This document shows positions 58,201-64,000 of a stretch of DNA of 64,000 bases, piece after piece. This DNA comes from Lingula anatina (Eukaryota; Animalia; Brachiopoda), in contig CM120641.1 of assembly GCA_051362555.1 (NCBI GenBank), forward strand, positions 45,762,401 to 45,826,400, given 5' to 3'. Below the pieces are notes generated by a model. That model did not search any database. It was given only the letters and a program-made list of their open reading frames with translations, and was not told the DNA's origin. The translations under genes were made by a program, and so were the position numbers. Positions within the stretch are counted from its first letter, which is position 1, and each line of letters begins with the position of its first letter.

Positions 58201-58497
58201 CTTCCAGATTACAACATCACCCCGCCCTCCTCGGTCTCTCCTCAGGAGAAGTACCAGTCTCCATTTCCAGATCCCACGCTCCTTGCACAACATTATTTTG
58301 TGGACGGTGGGCAGCAGATGAAGGGGCAGGCCAGCGCCACGCCCGCCCCGGCACACACAGGCACAAGATACGATAGCATGGCCTTAACAGCTCAGTACCA
58401 AACTGGCTTCTATGCACACCATGGGGCGTATGCCGCCACCACCTCTTTTGGTGGAAGTGATCTACGAGATAAGCAGAATTCGGACCAATGGTCTTAA
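49005..58497 (+). CDS. NPAS3: bHLH-PAS transcription factor trachealess/NPAS1/3, constant coding exons; join(49005..49246,51040..51119,51747..51836,52084..52258,52614..52723,53141..53334,54087..54193,56023..56170,56604..56713,57026..58497)
   Basis: b[66 protein letters not shown] and PAS-A SHILQSLDGF...[29 protein letters not shown] are characteristic of Trh/NPAS1/3. All exon phases are consistent; total 2728 nt, needing a phase-2 first exon. Confidence 0.93.
51040..51119 (+). CDS. NPAS3: linker exon ending at a GC donor
   Basis: ttgtag|GA...TTACAG|gcaaat; encodes [27 protein letters not shown]. Confidence 0.88.
51747..51836 (+). CDS. NPAS3: PAS-A exon
   Basis: ttacag|TCC...CAG|gtaaga; encodes [30 protein letters not shown]. 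Confidence 0.95.
52084..52258 (+). CDS. NPAS3: PAS-A exon
   Basis: tatcag|GTG...CGAG|gtatgc; encodes [25 protein letters not shown]...LHER. Confidence 0.93.
52614..52723 (+). CDS. NPAS3: PAS-A exon
   Basis: ttccag|CT...AGA|gtaaga; encodes ...[25 protein letters not shown]. Confidence 0.93.
53141..53334 (+). CDS. NPAS3: PAS-A end / PAS-B start exon
   Basis: caccag|GTA...CCAAA|gtaagt; encodes [11 protein letters not shown]...[36 protein letters not shown]. Confidence 0.93.
54087..54193 (+). CDS. NPAS3: PAS-B exon
   Basis: ttccag|A...GATT|gtgagt; encodes [35 protein letters not shown]. Confidence 0.93.
54351..54576 (+). mobile_element. PIF/Harbinger-like MITE family B copy 3 (intronic)
   Basis: TTA|gagccagttcacaat ... 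attgtgaatgggccc|TTA, a 3-bp TTA duplication; family core present. Confidence 0.7.
56023..56170 (+). CDS. NPAS3: PAS-B/PAC exon
   Basis: ttccag|TA...AAG|gtaatc; encodes [49 protein letters not shown]. Confidence 0.93.
56604..56713 (+). CDS. NPAS3: post-PAC exon
   Basis: ttgtag|T...CAAG|gtgggc; encodes [37 protein letters not shown]. Confidence 0.9.
57026..58497 (+). CDS. NPAS3: large terminal exon (NLS-like basic patch, polyQ, low-complexity C-terminal tail)
   Basis: tttcag|AC; phase 1 is in frame with the ORF-track 468-aa ORF; stop TAA at 58495-58497. Confidence 0.92.
57808..57888 (+). repeat. coding CAG/CAA repeat: Q11-VKL-Q13
   Basis: Read directly from the sequence. Confidence 0.95.
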
Positions 58498-59494
58498 TTG
58501 TAATTTTCCTTCCACTCCCACCCTCCAGGTTGTTACTCAGACTGTGTCTAATGTGGTTGTCTTGTTTTTATCTTTTTTTTTCATCTGTTCAAGCACTGAG
58601 GAGTTTTGTGACAACTGGGAACGATGATAATTATATTCCAGTAGGTGTGATCTTGCATCGAAGCATACTATTATTTCCTTTTTTCAGTTTCATACAGAGG
58701 TGAGGTTTGGCAAAATCTTGATATATTTGAAATAAATTTCATACAGCTCTTCACCATTCCTCCCCTCACAAAATTCACCTTTGAAATTTTTTGAAATCAC
58801 AAAGAAGAAATTTCAGATGAAAACAAAGAATGTCTGAGTTCATAGAAAACTAACTTACCAGTATGGTTCCCAGTTGCTCATGCTACTCGCAATAGTTCCC
58901 AGAAGTCTACATGTCGGAACAAGCTCAATGATACACTGGTACCTGTCTATATCAACAGGTCTCACAAGATTGATATAATAAATATGGTTTTGTATTAGTC
59001 ATTAGAGTTGGGACGATTTTATTTAGAGAGAGAAGTAAATCATTTAAGGGTTTAGTGATTTGAAGGTGCCATGACAGTTATATTTAGATTGTAAAAGAGA
59101 GAATGAAGAAGAGGACTAGTTATTTATGAATCTGTGATATCATGAACTTTGTTATTTTGAAGAAATGTGTATATTGAAGATAAAAAAGCTACTATTATTT
59201 CCTATAAGGTTGGTATTAGGAAATTGTTTGGTAGATTTTTTTAAGGTGGGGCATGGAGTTGTGAAACTGTTAGCCCAGATTTTCCTAGAATTGTTCTGTA
59301 TTGTTTGTGGTGAAGAAAGAAATGTTGTAGTTGGTTAAATAGTTAAATGTGCAAAGATTTCTCCACAAATTGATTGCGTTTTATGCTTCTCATTTTTGTT
59401 TGTTGAAATTATTTTGATAGAATGCTTCACATTTCTTTAAGAATCTTTGTTTTTTTTCTCTTCAACCTGATACAAGAAAGTACAAACATTTTTT

Positions 59495-62400
59495 ATGTAC
59501 AGACACAGATGTGTCTGTACATATTGCCATCACCTGCGTCTGTCGTCGCCGTCCCTGTCGCCGTCGATGTCGCCGTCGCCGTCGCCGTCGCCGTGCACTT
59601 TCATCGTTAACACGATAAGTGGAAGACAGTTTTACTTTTTGGCTTTATATTTACAGAGCTGATGAATATTCATAAAACGCAGGTCAAGTTCGAAAATCAG
59701 CATGTTTGGGCAATTATTGTAGTATTTATGCTGTGTTTTCACTTTTTAGCATATATGCAACACTGTTAACACATTTCAAGGAAAACCGATAGGCCTGTTG
59801 TCATGAAACTCACAGGAGTAATTAATCTTACTAAAACGCAGATCAAGTTCAAAAATCGGCATGATCGGGCCACTATTTTAGTAGTTATGCTGTTTTTTTC
59901 ACTTTTCAGCATATGTGCAACACTGTTAACACATTTCAAGGAAAACCGATAGACCTGTTGTCATGAAACTCACAGGAGTAATTAATCTTACTAAAATGCA
60001 GGTCAAGTTCAAAAATCAGCATAATCAGGCCATTATTTTATAAGTTATGCTGTTTTTTCACATTTCCTCAGATTCAATTCTTAGGCATGTTAACAGTCTC
60101 ATTATTTAACTAATAAGATTCGTAAAAGTGTTTGTTTGACATTTCCTGCATCTTTACAACATTGTTAGTTGATTTTGTAAAAATGATGGTAAACTTGTTA
60201 TCATGTATTGTATAATAGAGTTTCAAAAATGGAAATAAACTCATATCATTGCAGTTTGTCAGATTCATTCATTGACTATGTTCAGAAACTCAGAATGGAG
60301 GAAATTGGACATTAAACACTGTTCTATTGATATTTTTCCCATCTCATCAATTTTCTTAGTTGATCATATATAAATGGCAGTAAATTATTAATTTTGTTAT
60401 ATGTTAAAAAAATCGTTAAAAATGGAAAAAAAGCATTTCAGGACAGTGCTGTCTTGTCTACATTTTGGCATTTTCAAGGTGTGACTTTGAAGTTCGTTTG
60501 GCCTGAAGACCTTTGCTAGGAACATTTTCTGAATATCCATGATACTAATATTTTATTATTAAAAATTGATGGTAATTATCCTGTTAAACATTATGTAATA
60601 GTGCATCAAAATTTGAAGACACCCCTATTTTGGACACTGCTCCCATGATGACCATTTAAGGAAACCATGTCACTTACTGTTCTCAAACTTACAGGAAGAA
60701 ACATGGGACTTAAATAAAGCTTCAGTGGGCAATGCAGACTATTTGGTAAATTTTTTTGGCAGTTAATCAGTTTTTTGTGAAAATTTAATTTTTCACATAT
60801 TGGCATTTTCAAGGTGTGACTTAGAACCTCCACGGGCTTGAAGACCCATACCAGTCACATTTTCTGAAAATCCATGGTACATATATTTTATTATGTACAG
60901 ACACAGATATGTATGTACATATTGCCATCACCTGCGCCTGTCGTCGCCTTCGTCGATCATGTCGCCGTCACTGTTGCCGTGCACTTTCAGCATTAACACC
61001 ATAAGTGGAAGACAGTTTTACTTTTTGGCTTTATATTTACAGAGCTGATGAGTATTCATAAAACGCAGGTCAAGTTAGAAAATAAGCATGATCGGGCCAT
61101 TATTGTAGAAGTTATGCTTTTTTTTTCACTTTTCAGCATATATGCAACATCGTTAACACATTTCAATAAAAACCGATAGGCCTGTTGTCATGAAACTCAT
61201 AGGGGTAATCAATCTTACTAAAACGCAGGTCAAGTTCGAAAATCGGCATGATCGGGCCACTATTTTAGTAGTTATGCTGTTTTTTTTCACTTTTCAGCAT
61301 ATGTGCAACACTGTTAACACATTTCAAGGAAAACCGATAGACCTGTTGTCATGAAACTCACAGTGGTAATCAATCTTACTAAAACGTAGGTCAAGTTCGA
61401 AAATCAGCATAATCGGGCCATTATTTTATAAGTTATGCTGTTTTTTCACATTTCCTCAGATTCAATTCTTAGGCATGTTAACAGTCTCATTATTTAACTA
61501 ATAAGATTCGTAAAAGTGTTTGTTTGACATTTCCTGCATCTTTACAACATTGTTAGTTGATTTTGTAAAAATGATGGTAAACTTGTTATCATGTATTGTA
61601 TAATAGAGTTTCAAAAATGGAAATAAACTCATATCATTGCAGTTTGTCAGATTCATTCATTGACTATGTTCAGAAACTCAGAATGGAGGAAATTGGACAT
61701 TAAACACTGTTCTATTGATATTTTTCCCATCTCATCAATTTTCTTAGTTGATCATATATAAATGGCAGTAAATTGTTAATTTTGTTATATGTTAAAAAAT
61801 TGTTAAAAATGGAAAAAAACACATTTCAGGACAGTGCTGTCTTGTTTACACTTTTCAGCATATATGCAACACTGTAAACACAATATAAGAAAAACAGATG
61901 GGCCAATTGTCATGAAAGTCATAGGAGTGGTCAGTTTTGCTAAAATGCATGTTGAGTTCGTAAACCAGCATAATCGTGCCAATATTTTTGAAGGTATTCT
62001 GTTTTTTCACATTTCCTCAGATTCATTTCTTAGGCATGTTAACAGTCTCATTATTAAACTAATAAGATACGTAAAAGCGTTTGTTTGACATTTCCTGCAT
62101 CTTTACAACATTGTTAGTTGATTTAGTAAAAATGATGGTAAACTTGTTATCATGTATTGTGTAAAAAAGTGTCAAAAATGGAAATAAACTCATATCATTG
62201 CAGTTTGTCAGATTTAATCATTCACTATGTTCAGAATCTCAGAATGGAGGAAATTGGACATTTAACACTGTTCTATTGATATTTTCCCATCTCATCAATT
62301 TTCTTAGTTGATCATATAAAAATGGCAGTAAACTGTTAATTTTGTTTTATGTTAAAAAATTGTTAAAAATGGGGAAAAAAACATTTCAGAACCGTGCTGT

Positions 62401-62876
62401 CTTGTCTTTATTTCCACGTAAGCAGTTGTATTGTTTTTTATGTCTTTAAACATTATGTAATATTATTTTATGCACTGTCATCATTTTTCAAAAATTGAGA
62501 CTTTCATCATGTGAATTTGAACTCTCATGATCCTGAAACTGTAATCTTATTGAAGGGGTGGATTGAGACCATCTTCTGGGTCTTCCGGAAGACGGTCAGG
62601 TTATTAAGTTTATATTGACTGGTATCTATTTTTTTTTCTGTTGGAAGACCATAAAAATGGGGGATGGATCAACATAGATACTTTGGAATACTATTAGAAA
62701 ATATCTCTGGGTTCGCTCCTGTTATTGACCATGGTACCTGTTGTGCATGATTAGAATTCAGTGTTGACTGACTGCTATTATAAGCATTATTTATTATTGC
62801 ATCAAAATTGACAAAATGACCTATTTTGCATCTTTATTTTCTGTTTTTTGTCTGTACATTTGACAGCTTTGCTGCC
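59495..62876 (+). mobile_element. composite Helentron-associated non-autonomous element (HINE/DINE-1-like) with internal tandem repeats
   Basis: T-run, subterminal ATGTACAGACA with nearby inverted copy TGTCTGTACAT, (GTCGCC)n microsatellite, 160-bp tandem units. A second head starts at 60893; 3' TGTCTGTACAT at 62849-62859 is followed by the hairpin gacagc-ttt-gctgcc. Confidence 0.75.
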
Positions 62877-64000
62877 TTGTCTTTAATCCTTATGGAAGTT
62901 ATATCTTAGATATATGCAGACTGCAATTTTCTTTTATTAGAGAGTGAAGTTTTTCCCCTCTGCTGTTAGATGCATTGTGTCAACTTGTCACTTCAAATGC
63001 TCATTTTATCATTGTGGTTAAGATTTTGTCTCACCTTAAAACTGGAGCAGTATCAGGAAAACTTGGGCTTTCAAATCATGCCATGTACATGTAGCATGTA
63101 TAGAAAATTAGTCTTGAATTCTAATTAGTTTTAAAAACACTAGGTGAATAGGAGCACTGAAATTTGCACAACATGAGGAAAAATCAAAAAAGTGTTTTTC
63201 ATGTCTACTGTTATATGAGCAAATCCAAAATGTACAGTCATTTCTTGTATAATATATATACTACTATTTTGATATACCATGTTATAACTTGCATATCAAG
63301 CACACACGGTTGAGGGTGCTATGCTATTATCATGAGATTTTTTTGTAACTGTTACATCTTTACACAATTTTATCTATCAGACTTTGCTTGTTGATGATTG
63401 TTAAGTGTATATATTTAACACAGCTTCGTAGAAGTTATTAGTTTATATTACTTTTTATGTAAAAGTGTGAAAGCTGCAACTCTGTTGGATTATAATACGT
63501 AACATGACTGCCAATATGATGCAACTTGTTTGAAACATTTTGCAGCTAAGCGTGTTCTATTCGTATAGGAAGTTGCATTTAGAGAACTTTTGCCTCGTTG
63601 ACAGCTTTGCCATCTCTGCAGCTTTTCTTGATCATATGCCTGCTTCTTTGTTCTATTAAGGCCAGCATTTATTCTTATTGTCTTTTGGTGTATGTATATG
63701 TGTTTGTGTATGTTTGTGTGGTTGAGATAATGGCTTTTATTGTGCCATGTGATGGTAATGAAGATAGTGCAATGTTTTTAACATGGAAGGAAAAAAGAAA
63801 CGGGAAGGTTTCGAAGCTATTGACACCTTTGCCATCCCGCTACACTGCTTTTTTTGATCATGCCTGTTCCTTTTTAAAATTAAGGTCATTATTATTATTA
63901 TTGTTATTATTATTTTTGACTTTTGGTTTGTGTCTGTGTTTGTGTAATTGAGATACGCTGTAGATGCTTTTATTGTGCCATGTGATGTTTAATATTGTGC

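Noticed and set aside
59610-62410. Regularly spaced repeats considered as a CRISPR-like array
   Set aside because: Units are contiguous tandem repeats without unique spacers, in eukaryotic DNA with no cas genes.

Overview
AT-rich, intron-containing animal genomic DNA. It is an invertebrate bilaterian, and the repeat families suggest a mollusc or other lophotrochozoan (inference). Two + strand genes can be rebuilt by hand with consistent exon phases. (1) The last six coding exons of the 26S proteasome ATPase Rpt3/PSMC4 (108-3413). (2) A trachealess/NPAS1/3-type bHLH-PAS transcription factor with ten constant coding exons at 49005-58497 (about 910-950 aa depending on the first exon). The bHLH exon has no in-frame start codon ahead of its basic region and opens in phase 2. 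Upstream, spread over about 36 kb, are four (possibly five) ATG-initiated mini-exons that all end in phase 2 at good donors. This looks like an array of alternative promoters/first exons spliced onto one constant body. The gene also needs a non-canonical GC-AG intron that competes with an out-of-frame GT donor. The non-coding DNA holds non-autonomous DNA transposons: a 3.3-kb TA-flanked TIR element, a piggyBac-like element, Kolobok-like and Harbinger-like MITEs, and a two-headed Helentron/HINE element carrying a 160-bp tandem repeat. Most ORF-track entries are spurious or exon fragments. All calls were made by eye; no searches were run.
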